From the NCBI GenBank assembly GCA_016181105.1, contig JACOZX010000003.1, positions 1 through 42,578 on the forward strand: a stretch of DNA of 42,578 nucleotides. The letters run 5' to 3'. A model generated the notes under the pieces. That model saw nothing but the letters and a program-made list of their open reading frames with translations, was not told the origin of the DNA and ran no database searches. Numbering within the stretch: the stretch's first letter is position 1; every line of letters begins with the position of its first letter. A program made the translations under genes and the position numbers. Shown piece by piece: positions 15,410 through 23,890 of this stretch. The DNA is from Candidatus Yanofskybacteria bacterium. GTDB taxonomy: Bacteria; Patescibacteriota; Minisyncoccia; 2-02-FULL-40-12; IGHO2-12-FULL-4.

Positions 15410-16669
15410 ATGGATAAAATTATAAGAATTTTCAAGATTAAGGACTTAAGGAATAAAATATTTTTTATTCTCGGTATTTTAGTTATTTTTAGAGTTGCAG
15501 CGGCTATACCGATACCAAGCGTTGACCCCGTCCGTCTGAAAGCTTTTTTTGAGAGCAATCAGCTTTTCAGTTTGATCAGTGTTTTTACCGGCGGCGGGTT
15601 GTCCAGTCTTTCAATAGTCATGTTGGGTTTGGGCCCGTACATTACCGGATCTATCATAATGCAGCTTTTGACCATGATTTTTCCGTCGTTGGAAGAAATA
15701 TATAAATATGGCGGCGAAGCAGGTAAAGCCAAATTCAACCAATACTCAAGGATGTTGACAGTTCCTTTGGCCTTGCTTCAGGGCTACGGTTTTATGCTTT
15801 TGCTTTCAAGGCAGGGAGTTTTACAGCCTTTGAATTTGATGCAGTGGGCTTCTTCTTTAATTGTCATTACTGCGGGAGCCGTTCTTTTGATGTGGCTGGG
15901 AGAACTGATAACAGAGAAAAATGTCGGCAACGGAATTTCTATTTTAATTTTTGCCGGTATCATAGCCGGTTTCCCCACTTCTTTGCAACAGACCTTGTCC
16001 ACTTTTGATTATTCCCAACTGTTTACCTATCTGGGTTTTGCCATAGTTGCGCTTATCGTGATTGTGGGAGTGGTTTACTTAACCGAAGCTCAAAGAAATA
16101 TTCCCATCAATTATGCCAAGCGAGTCAGGGGAATGAAAATGTACGGTGGAGTTTCCACCTACCTGCCCATGAGAGTGAACAATGCCGGAGTTATGCCTAT
16201 AATTTTTGCTTTGTCCATTTTACTTTTTCCTGGCATGATTGCCAACTTTTTTGCGGCTTCCAACATCAGTTTTGTCGCTAACGTGGCTAATTTTTTGAAC
16301 GGCTTTATTCAAAACAGTTATTTCTACAGCATGTCTTATTTTGTTTTGGTTGTCGTCTTTACTTACTTTTATACGGCTATTACTTTTGACCCTAAATCAA
16401 TTTCTGAAAATATCCAGAAACAGGGTGGCTATATTCCGGGCATACGTCCGGGCTTGGCTACGACCCAATTTTTGTATCACCTGCTCAATCGTATTACTTT
16501 GGTTGGCGCTGTGTTTTTGGGTATAATTGCTGTTTTGCCGAATATAGTTCAGGGTTTTACCGGAATAACCTCTTTTAGTGTCGGCGGCACCTCTATTTTG
16601 ATTGTAGTTTCGGTGGTGCTGGAAGTTATGAAGCAGATGGATGCCCAGATCTCAATGTATGAATACTAA
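15410..16669 (+). CDS. secY: Preprotein translocase subunit SecY
   Basis: 419 aa, multi-TM. ..LR.KI.FTL..L...R....IP.P.V........LG..PYI...IIMQLL.........GE.G..K....R. Operon position fits. Confidence 0.95.
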   Translation: MDKIIRIFKIKDLRNKIFFILGILVIFRVAAAIPIPSVDPVRLKAFFESNQLFSLISVFTGGGLSSLSIVMLGLGPYITGSIIMQLLTMIFPSLEEIYKYGGEAGKAKFNQYSRMLTVPLALLQGYGFMLLLSRQGVLQPLNLMQWASSLIVITAGAVLLMWLGELITEKNVGNGISILIFAGIIAGFPTSLQQTLSTFDYSQLFTYLGFAIVALIVIVGVVYLTEAQRNIPINYAKRVRGMKMYGGVSTYLPMRVNNAGVMPIIFALSILLFPGMIANFFAASNISFVANVANFLNGFIQNSYFYSMSYFVLVVVFTYFYTAITFDPKSISENIQKQGGYIPGIRPGLATTQFLYHLLNRITLVGAVFLGIIAVLPNIVQGFTGITSFSVGGTSILIVVSVVLEVMKQMDAQISMYEY

Positions 16670-16697
16670 GCCTTACAAGGGTCACCCTTGTAAGGCT
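16669..16697 (+). terminator. 13-bp perfect hairpin overlapping the secY stop (agccttacaaggg tca cccttgtaaggct)
   Basis: Stem 16669-16681 / 16685-16697, read directly. No T-tract follows, and the loop is only 3 nt. Confidence 0.5.
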
Positions 16698-16704
16698 AAA
16701 ATTG

Positions 16705-16713
16705 TGTTATAAT
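16705..16713 (+). promoter_or_regulatory. Extended -10 box (TGtTATAAT) 7 nt upstream of the adk ATG; candidate leaderless promoter
   Basis: TG at 16705-16706, TATAAT at 16708-16713, adk ATG at 16721. No SD lies between them. Confidence 0.4.
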
Positions 16714-16720
16714 ATTGGGT

Positions 16721-17383
16721 ATGAGACTAATAATCTTTATCGGTCCAATAGGTTCCGGCAAGGGGACGCAGGCGGAAGTTGTCGCCAAAAAGTTCGGCTT
16801 AATCCACATAGAAACCTCAAAACTGCTTGAGAAGAAATTTAAGACAGCGGACCCATCAGACAAAAAAATGGTTGAGCAAAAAGCCCTCTGGCACGCGGGT
16901 ATTTTAAACGACCCTTCTTGGGTTACGGAAGTTTTGTTGGACGAAGCCAAAAAAATAGCCGGTGAAGGCAAGGGCATGGCGCTAAGCGCCTCTCCACGCA
17001 CTCTTTTTGAAGCGGAAAAAGAAATTCCTGTTTTTGAAGAAACTTATGGCAGAGATAATATTTTTGTTTTTAACATCGCTTTAAGCGAAGCGGAATCAAT
17101 CAAAAGAAACAGCGGCCGGCGGATTTGCGAGAAAAACAGGCATCCGATCCCGAACTTTCCGGAGTTCAAAGATTTAAAAATTTGCCCCGAAGACGGTTCA
17201 AAACTTATCACCCGCGCTTTGGACAATCCGGAAACCATTAAAATAAGGTATCAAGAATATTTGAACAGAACTGAACCGATTTTAAATTACCTTAATGGCA
17301 GGGGTTACAATATTTTAAAAATAAACGGCGAACAGCCGATAGAGAAGGTGTCAGAAGATATTTTAAAGAATTTCAATGACTAA
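16721..17383 (+). CDS. adk: Adenylate kinase
   Basis: MRLIIFIGPIGSGKGTQAE (P-loop), and a LID region ending ..R.LD.PETI..R. Follows secY as in spc operons. Confidence 0.9.
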   Translation: MRLIIFIGPIGSGKGTQAEVVAKKFGLIHIETSKLLEKKFKTADPSDKKMVEQKALWHAGILNDPSWVTEVLLDEAKKIAGEGKGMALSASPRTLFEAEKEIPVFEETYGRDNIFVFNIALSEAESIKRNSGRRICEKNRHPIPNFPEFKDLKICPEDGSKLITRALDNPETIKIRYQEYLNRTEPILNYLNGRGYNILKINGEQPIEKVSEDILKNFND

Positions 17384-18137
17384 ATTCAAAACAGAACAAC
17401 AAATAAAAACAATGGCTGAAGGCGGGCAGATTTTGAAAGAAATTTTACAAAATCTTTCACTGGCCGTTAAGCCGGGAATCAAGACCGAAGAACTAGACAA
17501 GCTTGCAGAAGAGCTTGTTTTTTCGTGGGACAAAAAAATTCCTGAAGCAGGCATCCGTCCTTCTTTTAAGGGTTATCGGGGCTATCCGGCTTTTATCTGT
17601 ATTTCTGTAAACGACGAGGTTGTTCATGGTTTGCCTTCAGACAGGACTATAAAAGACGGCGATATTGTCGGCTTGGATTTTGCCATTAAGTATAAAGGTT
17701 TGCATGTTGATTCGGCTTTAACTGTGGGAGTCGGTGAAATTTCCGCCGAAGCCGAAAAATTAATTAGGGTTACGAAAGAAGCTTTGGATGTTGGTATAAA
17801 AGAAGCGACGGTTGGCAATACCACCGGAGATATTGGTTTTGCGGTTCAAAAATATGTAGAAAAAAATGGTTTTAGTGTGGTTAGGGAGTTGGTTGGTCAT
17901 GGGGTCGGCGAACATCTTCACGAAGAGCCGTATGTGCCGAATTACGGCAAAAAAGGCCAAGGCCCTGAACTTGTCGAAGGGATGACCATTGCTATTGAAC
18001 CGATGGTCAATTTTGGTAAACACGAAGTGGTTTTGGCTAAAGACGGTGTAACTTACAGAACAAAAGATGGTTCTTTGTCTGCCCATTTTGAGCACACGGT
18101 GGCAATTACCAAAGACGGACCGCTGGTTTTAACCTAA
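17376..18137 (+). CDS. map: Type I methionine aminopeptidase
   Basis: ...VHG.P......GDIV..D......G...D.A.T..VG.........GH.VG...HE.P.V.......G....L..GM..AIEPM....DG...A.FEHTV.IT. Overlaps the adk stop by 8 nt. Confidence 0.93.
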   Translation: MTKFKTEQQIKTMAEGGQILKEILQNLSLAVKPGIKTEELDKLAEELVFSWDKKIPEAGIRPSFKGYRGYPAFICISVNDEVVHGLPSDRTIKDGDIVGLDFAIKYKGLHVDSALTVGVGEISAEAEKLIRVTKEALDVGIKEATVGNTTGDIGFAVQKYVEKNGFSVVRELVGHGVGEHLHEEPYVPNYGKKGQGPELVEGMTIAIEPMVNFGKHEVVLAKDGVTYRTKDGSLSAHFEHTVAITKDGPLVLT

Positions 18138-18186
18138 AACGAGCTTACTATTTTACACTTTACTACCATTTTGTTATTATTAAATT

Positions 18187-18441
18187 ATGAGGCTTTCAAT
18201 TAAACAGTATATAAACAGAACCATTCGTCAGAAGGCTAAAATCAGGTACGACAAATCGGTTAAACAATGGTTTGGAGTTTTGGATCATACTCTTGGCTTG
18301 ATTTGCTCTCAGAGAAAAACGAAGGTAGCGGTGCAAAAAGAGCTGGCAGAAATTTTAGAAGAATTTATCGCTCTTAGTTTTACAGATAACCGGAATGAAA
18401 CTAAAACCTCTAAAACACAAAGAGCTTATAGCCAAGCTTAA
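18187..18441 (+). CDS. Putative HicB-like antitoxin
   Basis: 84-aa ORF directly upstream of, and overlapping, the HicA-like gene. WFGVLDHTLGLICSQRKTKVAVQKELAEILEEFIAL resembles the HicB/UPF0150 fold segment. The assignment rests mainly on context. Confidence 0.45.
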   Translation: MRLSIKQYINRTIRQKAKIRYDKSVKQWFGVLDHTLGLICSQRKTKVAVQKELAEILEEFIALSFTDNRNETKTSKTQRAYSQA

Positions 18442-18610
18442 AAAGTTGGGTTTAGAGGGTCCTATCAGTGGGGGCAAACACCCCTATTTTTTATTTGGTA
18501 AAACAAAGATGGTAATCCCTAATCCCCACAGGAGTGAAGTTGGTAAGGATATAATAAAAAGTATTTTAAACAAAATTGGTTTAGAATTTGAGGAGTTTTT
18601 AAAATTGTAA
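18395..18610 (+). CDS. hicA: HicA-family mRNA interferase toxin
   Basis: 71 aa. KHKELIAKLKKLG......GGKHPYF..GKTKMVIPNPHRSEVGKDIIKSILNKIGL matches the HicA/YcfA pattern (...L...G.......GSH......G....V.P.H...........IL...G). Confidence 0.7.
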   Translation: MKLKPLKHKELIAKLKKLGLEGPISGGKHPYFLFGKTKMVIPNPHRSEVGKDIIKSILNKIGLEFEEFLKL

Positions 18611-18630
18611 TTTTGTGTTAAATTTTACTT

Positions 18631-19344
18631 ATGTTTTTATCTGTTATCATTCCTGCCTACAACGAGGAAAAGCGTATAACCAGAACGCTTTTAGCCGTGG
18701 ATGAGTATCTCAAAAAACAACCTTATCAGTACGAAATTTTGGTTGTAAATGATGGTTCAAAAGATAAGACGTCAGAGGTGGTAAATGACTTGAGCCTGCA
18801 GATTACCAACTTAAAATTTATTGATAACAAAGAAAATCATGGTAAAGGCTTTGTTGTCAGACAGGGTATGTTAGACGCCTCCGGTGATGTTAGACTGTTT
18901 ATGGATGCTGACAACTCTACAGCTATTGACGAGGTTGCCAAATTTCTGCCCTATTTCAGTCAAGGCTATGACATTGTGATTGGTTCAAGACAAGCTGTTG
19001 GTTCGTTGGTTGTCGTCAAGCAGTCCTGGTTTAGAGAGTTTTTGGGTAAAATGTTTAGACTACTTGTGCATGTTGTCGTTCCTTTGGGGGTTGAGGACTC
19101 GCAGGCCGGTTTCAAAGCTTTTTCAAAAAAAGCGGCTGAAACAATTTTTACGAAACAAATTATTTTTCGCTGGGCTTTTGATGTGGAGATTTTGGCTATT
19201 GCCAAAAAGTTTGGTTTAAAAACCAAGGAAGTGCCTATTGTTTGGTCCAATGATTTGGAAAGTCATGTAAAATTAGGCGGCATGGTAAGAATGCTTTCGG
19301 AGGTTCTAATAGTCAGAAAAAATTTATGGAGCAAAAAATACTAA
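18631..19344 (+). CDS. Family 2 glycosyltransferase (polyprenyl-phosphate hexosyltransferase-like)
   Basis: SVIIPAYNEE.RI...L...........YEI.VV.DGS.D.T.........N.GKG..V..G.......R.FMDAD. This is the typical GT2 DxD architecture. Confidence 0.8.
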   Translation: MFLSVIIPAYNEEKRITRTLLAVDEYLKKQPYQYEILVVNDGSKDKTSEVVNDLSLQITNLKFIDNKENHGKGFVVRQGMLDASGDVRLFMDADNSTAIDEVAKFLPYFSQGYDIVIGSRQAVGSLVVVKQSWFREFLGKMFRLLVHVVVPLGVEDSQAGFKAFSKKAAETIFTKQIIFRWAFDVEILAIAKKFGLKTKEVPIVWSNDLESHVKLGGMVRMLSEVLIVRKNLWSKKY

Positions 19345-20339
19345 ATGAATTCAGACAAGACTTAGTTTCCGGCGACTGGGTGCTTTTTGCTACCGGCAGA
19401 GCCAAACGACCGAGTGAAGTATCGCCCAATCTTGAATCTACTGCGGCTAAATTCAGGGACTGTCCATTTGATGACCCAGTTGCTTCCGGTCAGGAGATTA
19501 TAAAAATATATCCTTCAGAAAAAGACTGGCAGATTGCCGTCATTAAAAACAAGTATCCGGCTCTAGTTTACGGTATTTGTGTCCCGCCAAAACAAAACGG
19601 GCCATTCAAGGTGGCGGAAGCCTCAGGTTTTCACGAGGTGATTATTACCAGAGACCACAATAAAAATCTTCAAGATTTTGACGAAAAAGAGACTTTGGAG
19701 ATTTTGAAGATTTTCAAAAACCGTTACCGGGAAATAGCTTCTGAATTTTGCGGGCAATATATTCTGATATTTCACAACTTCGGCCTTCAGGCGGGTGGGA
19801 GTGTCCAGCACCCGCATTCCCAAATTATGGCTACGCCAGTTTTGCCTCCGGATGTTACGAATAGTGTTTTAGGCGCAGAAAAGTTTTATCTTAAAAACAA
19901 CCGTAAGGTTCATGAAGTTATGGTTGAGTGGGAACTTGAAAAAAAAGAGAGAATAATCACTGAAAATGACTCTTTTGTTGCTCTCTGTCCGTTTGTTTCA
20001 AAGAAACCGTATGAAATCAGAATTTTTCCGAAGAATATGAGTCCTCAATTTGAGGCGACAGGTGACGGTGAACTGGAAAAGTTTGCCGTGGTGTTTAGCT
20101 CTGTTTTAAAGAAGTTAAAGAAAGTTTTAAACAATCCATCCTACAATTTTTTTATTCATTCGGCCCCAATCAAAGTTTTAGGTGCTCCCAGTGTGGATGT
20201 TGCACAATATTATGCTTGGCATATGGAAATTTTTCCTCACACCTCTGTGATCGGCGGCTTTGAGTTGGGTACAGGTATGGACATTAACATTGTGGACCCC
20301 GACCAGGCGGCATCAGAATTAAGAAATGCCGACTTGTAG
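19326..20339 (+). CDS. galT: Galactose-1-phosphate uridylyltransferase-like (HIT superfamily) protein
   Basis: R.D...G.WV.FA..RAKRP...CPF.......NKYPAL.......G.HEVII......GGS..HPHSQI.A (HxHxQ nucleotidyl-transfer motif). Confidence 0.7.
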   Translation: MEQKILNEFRQDLVSGDWVLFATGRAKRPSEVSPNLESTAAKFRDCPFDDPVASGQEIIKIYPSEKDWQIAVIKNKYPALVYGICVPPKQNGPFKVAEASGFHEVIITRDHNKNLQDFDEKETLEILKIFKNRYREIASEFCGQYILIFHNFGLQAGGSVQHPHSQIMATPVLPPDVTNSVLGAEKFYLKNNRKVHEVMVEWELEKKERIITENDSFVALCPFVSKKPYEIRIFPKNMSPQFEATGDGELEKFAVVFSSVLKKLKKVLNNPSYNFFIHSAPIKVLGAPSVDVAQYYAWHMEIFPHTSVIGGFELGTGMDINIVDPDQAASELRNADL

Positions 20340-20377
20340 TGAGTCTATTGAACTACTTATGATGAGCTCATTGAACC

Positions 20378-21007
20378 ATGTTTGAACTTTTATCATCCTC
20401 TATGGATAAAGCGGTGATATTTCTTGGCGCTTTAGGTTATGCCGGTGTTTTTTGGGCTTCTTTTTTGGACAGGTTAACCGTATTTCTAACTCCAGCGGAA
20501 ATAGTTCTGCCCGCTTTTGGCATTCTGGTAAGCCAGGGAAAATTTTCTTTTTGGCTGGTTATGATATGGGTTACTGCCGGTAATTTTTTGGGCAATTTGG
20601 GTCTTTATTTTATTTTTTTCAAAGGAGGCAGATTGTTTCTGGAAAAATACGGCAAGTACTTTTTGATAACAAAACACGAATTAAACCACTTGGACAAATG
20701 GTTCGCTAAATATGGCGATAAAATAGTTTTTTGGGGATATTTTATACCATCATCCGGCAGAAGCATTGTTCCAATTCCAGCCGGCATATCAAGAATGAAC
20801 TTGTCTAAATTTTCTCTCTATACCTTTTTAGGGTCAATGCCCCTCAATTTTCTATATGTTTATGTTGGAATTAGGGCAGGGGGTAACCTAGACAAAATAT
20901 TTTCTTTTTTAGAAAAATTTAATTATGTTTTTGTTATCGTGTTGGTTGTTTTGATAATATGGTATGTGTATCGCCATAGGACTAAAAAGCATTTAAGCCA
21001 TGAGTAA
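20378..21007 (+). CDS. DedA/SNARE-associated family membrane protein
   Basis: Multi-TM, 209 aa, with DedA-like core ...PAEIVLP..G......F......V..G...G....Y......G......KYGKYF......L......F.KYG.K.VF.GYFIP..R...P..AG. Confidence 0.7.
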   Translation: MFELLSSSMDKAVIFLGALGYAGVFWASFLDRLTVFLTPAEIVLPAFGILVSQGKFSFWLVMIWVTAGNFLGNLGLYFIFFKGGRLFLEKYGKYFLITKHELNHLDKWFAKYGDKIVFWGYFIPSSGRSIVPIPAGISRMNLSKFSLYTFLGSMPLNFLYVYVGIRAGGNLDKIFSFLEKFNYVFVIVLVVLIIWYVYRHRTKKHLSHE

Positions 21008-21710
21008 AATAATTATTGCCAACTGGAAAAATCATCCGGAAACTTTAGAAGAAGCCAAAGAACTTTTTGAATTTGAGGTTGCCGAGGCTTTAAAGTACGA
21101 AGGGGTCAAAACAGTTATTTGTCCGCCGGAACAATTTCTGGAGGCATTATTAAGGATAAACGCAGAATTTGTTGGCGCGCAAGATTTTTTCTGGGATTCA
21201 AATATGGTAAGTTATCAAGTTGGTTACTCTTTAGTCGGCCACTCTGACCGAAGGAAGGCGGGAGACACAGATGAAACTGTAAACAAAAAGTTGAAGTCGG
21301 CTTTATCGGTTGGAATTATTCCTATCCTTTTGATTGGCGAGCAAAGCAAGAATGATGATCGGGAAACAGTGTTGGAGGGTCAATTAGTTAAAGATCTGGC
21401 CGGTCTCTCGGATTCCGAGGTTAAGAAAGTCTTGATTGCCTACGAGCCTGTTTGGGCCATCAGCACGAATCCCAACGCCGAACCGGATAAGCCCGAAAAT
21501 ACTTTGAAAGCTTACAAAATTATCAATGACTTTTTGTTTAAAAATTATAGCCTAGAATCTAAAGCAATACTTTATGGCGGTAGTGTCAACCAGAACAATG
21601 TTGCCGATTTTCTTAAATATCCTGAAATCTTTGGCGCGGTTATTGGCGGGGCAAGTTTGCGAAAAGAAGAATTCGGAGAAGTCTTAAAAATAGTTTCCGG
21701 CTTAAAATGA
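21000..21710 (+). CDS. tpiA: Triosephosphate isomerase
   Basis: IIANWKN (catalytic Lys), VGHSDRR (His) and AYEPVWAIST (Glu) motifs. The TGA stop overlaps the pgk ATG (ATGA). Confidence 0.9.
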   Translation: MSKIIIANWKNHPETLEEAKELFEFEVAEALKYEGVKTVICPPEQFLEALLRINAEFVGAQDFFWDSNMVSYQVGYSLVGHSDRRKAGDTDETVNKKLKSALSVGIIPILLIGEQSKNDDRETVLEGQLVKDLAGLSDSEVKKVLIAYEPVWAISTNPNAEPDKPENTLKAYKIINDFLFKNYSLESKAILYGGSVNQNNVADFLKYPEIFGAVIGGASLRKEEFGEVLKIVSGLK

Positions 21711-22846
21711 AATTCTTAGAAGATTTAGGCAAAAAAGAACTTGACGGTAAAAAAGTTTTTTTGAGGGTTGATTTTGATGTATTTTGATGTTCCGGTTGAG
21801 TCCGGAAAAATTAAGGAAAATTTCCGTATCAAAGCTCAAAAAGAGACCATTGACTATTTGGTAAATAACGGCGCTAAGGTGATGCTGGCCGGCCATATCA
21901 GCTCCACTGATAGTTTCCTTCCGATTACAGAGGAAATAGGAGAAATCATTGGACATACTTTAACTTTAGTGCCTCATTCAGAGTTGAACTCTATCGGCAG
22001 TCTTTTCACAGAATGTCCGGTTTTGCTTTTGGATAACTTGAGACAGGACTCTCGCGAAGAACAAAACGAGAATGAGTTTGCCAGGGGACTGTCTAAGGGT
22101 TTTGACTTTTATGTAAACAATGATTTTGCTGTTTGCCACCGCAATCATGCTTCAGTTTCAGCAATCACCAAACACTTGCCTAGTTTAAAAAAGAAGTAGA
22201 AAATTTATCTAAAGCAATAGAGTTTCCGCCGGAAGGCAAGGTATTGGTTGTGGGCGGAGCTAAAATTTCTACAAAACTGCCGGTGATCAAAAACTTTTTG
22301 GATAAAGCCGAGAAAGTTTTAATCGGCGGAGCGTTGGCCAATAATTTTTTTAAAGCCCGTGGTTTTGATGTCGGCGCTTCGGTGGTTGATGATGCGGCTG
22401 GTTCGGTCTCCCCCAACCTTACGTCCTCCGAGGACGTAAGGTTGGTGTTGCCGGAAGATATTTTGGTTTCAACGGATAAAACCGGAGAAGCAACCCCGGA
22501 GTCGTATCCCGTTAAAAATTTAGATCCAGCCGGCATTATTGTTGATATCGGTCCGAAAACGGCCAAACATTTCGGAGAGATAATAAAAAATTCATCAATG
22601 GTAATTTGGAATGGCCCGATGGGTTTGTCGGAAGTTGACAAATTTGCTGAAGGGACAAAAATAGTTGCCAAAGCTGTTGCCGGAGCTAAATATTCTATTG
22701 TCGGCGGCGGCGATACCATATCAGCCGTTGGCCGTCTGGACTTGCTTGGTAAATTCAGCTATGTTTCTACGGGCGGAGGGGCAATGTTAGCTTTTCTGGC
22801 CGGCAGTAAACTGCCGGGCTTAGAAGCTTTGGGATATTATGATTAA
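21707..22846 (+). CDS. pgk: Phosphoglycerate kinase, reading frame interrupted twice (possible pseudogene, recoding or assembly error)
   Basis: Three collinear PGK segments lie in frames 2, 0 and 2. Segment 1: MKFLEDLGKKELDGKKVFLRVDFDV (21707-21787). Segment 2: DVPVESGKIKENFRIKAQKETIDYL..GAKV.LAGH...CHRNHASV.AI.KHLPS (to 22199). Segment 3: KKEVENLSKAI...VVGGAKISTK......GGALANNF....G........STGGGAMLAFLAG..LPGLEAL. Confidence 0.88.
21771..21790 (+). repeat. Perfect 10-nt tandem duplication (attttgatgt x2) inside pgk codons 22-27
   Basis: Read directly. Removing one copy restores VDFDVPVE in a single frame. Confidence 0.95.
22413..22445. repeat. Perfect 33-bp palindrome inside the pgk coding sequence
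   Basis: The arms ccaaccttacgtcctc and gaggacgtaaggttgg are 16 nt each around a central c. The 33 nt equal exactly 11 codons (PNLTSSEDVRL). The same peptide appears in the antisense ORF. Confidence 0.95.
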
Positions 22847-23435
22847 ACACATTTTAAACAGAAGGCCGAGAAAATTTCAACCAAATACGGGCATTAAAAG
22901 GCGCCCGCTAATTTTTGTTGACTTGGAATTTTCGGGTTTAAATATGAACAACGAGGTTATAGAAATAGGCTGTCTGGTGGTTGACCCGAAGACTTTGAAA
23001 ATTAAAAAAGAATGGCTTGCTAAAATTAAACCGGAAAATATAAAAGCGGCTGAAACCAGCTCTCTTGAAATAGTTGGCTATTCCAAGGATGAATGGAAAG
23101 ATGCCGTTTCGCTTAGAGACGGCATGTTGAGTTTTAACAAAATTGCCAAAGACGGAGTTTTGGTCGGCTACAACGTGGCTTGGGATTTTATGTTTTTGGA
23201 AAAATCTTTTTTTGAGCTGGGAATAAAACCGGCTTTTCACTGGCAAATTCTGGATGTGCTTTCCATGGCTTTCGCCAAGTTTTATAAAGGCGGCAAGATT
23301 AAGGGTTTTAGAATGCGTGAGGTGGAGGGGTTTTTAAAGATAAAACATGGCACTTGGCATAATCCTCTAGATGATGCCAAGGCAACCTACGAGATGTTTC
23401 TAAAAATTATTAATTTAAGAAAGAATGGAAAATAA
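22839..23435 (+). CDS. DEDD-family 3'-5' exonuclease (DnaQ/epsilon-like domain)
   Basis: Exo I FVDLEFSGL, Exo II GYNVAWDFMFL, Exo III HNPLDDA. Confidence 0.75.
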   Translation: MIKHILNRRPRKFQPNTGIKRRPLIFVDLEFSGLNMNNEVIEIGCLVVDPKTLKIKKEWLAKIKPENIKAAETSSLEIVGYSKDEWKDAVSLRDGMLSFNKIAKDGVLVGYNVAWDFMFLEKSFFELGIKPAFHWQILDVLSMAFAKFYKGGKIKGFRMREVEGFLKIKHGTWHNPLDDAKATYEMFLKIINLRKNGK

Positions 23436-23862
23436 GTATTTGATAAATACAGACGGGGGCGCAAGGGGTAACCCCGGGCCGGCGGCTATTGGTGTTATTA
23501 TCAGCAAATCTGACGGCGCTCTAAAAAAACATTATAGTGAATATATCGGTAGTGCGACCAACAATGAAGCTGAATATCGGGCGGCTATTTTCGCTTTAAA
23601 AAAATTGAAACAGCTTGTCGGGAAAGAAGAGCTTAAAAATGTTGCAGTAGAAGTCAGGGTTGACAGCGAGCTTCTGGAACGGCAAGTTAATGGAATATAT
23701 AAAGTTAAGGAGCCGGAAATTCAGAAATTATTTCTTGAGTTGTGGAATTTAAAACTTGATTTTGGAGAGGTTAATTTTAAGTCTGTGCCACGGGAAGATA
23801 ATTCTGAAGCCGATGATTTGGTAAATGCAGCTTTAGACAAAGAACAGAATAAATTATTGTAA
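23425..23862 (+). CDS. rnhA: Ribonuclease HI family protein
   Basis: INTDGGARGNPGPAA.G.....G.........G..TNNEAEY.A.I.AL.........V....DSEL...Q..G.YKVK........RE.N.EAD.L.N.A. Confidence 0.75.
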   Translation: MENKYLINTDGGARGNPGPAAIGVIISKSDGALKKHYSEYIGSATNNEAEYRAAIFALKKLKQLVGKEELKNVAVEVRVDSELLERQVNGIYKVKEPEIQKLFLELWNLKLDFGEVNFKSVPREDNSEADDLVNAALDKEQNKLL

Positions 23863-23885
23863 TTAACACCTCTTTGTGGTATAAT
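23857..23885 (+). promoter_or_regulatory. Promoter of rnpB (TTGTAA, 17-nt spacer, extended -10 TGgTATAAT)
   Basis: -35 at 23857-23862, TG at 23877-23878, -10 at 23880-23885. The predicted start lies about 6-7 nt downstream, at the 5' end of the RNase P P1 stem. Confidence 0.55.
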
Positions 23886-23890
23886 TTATT

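Noticed and set aside
22180-22719. 179-aa ORF on the minus strand.
   Set aside because: It is antisense to well-conserved PGK coding sequence and has a low-complexity Ser/Thr/Pro-rich composition. The only PGK-like peptide in it (NLTSSEDVRL) is produced by the 33-bp palindrome. It is a shadow ORF.
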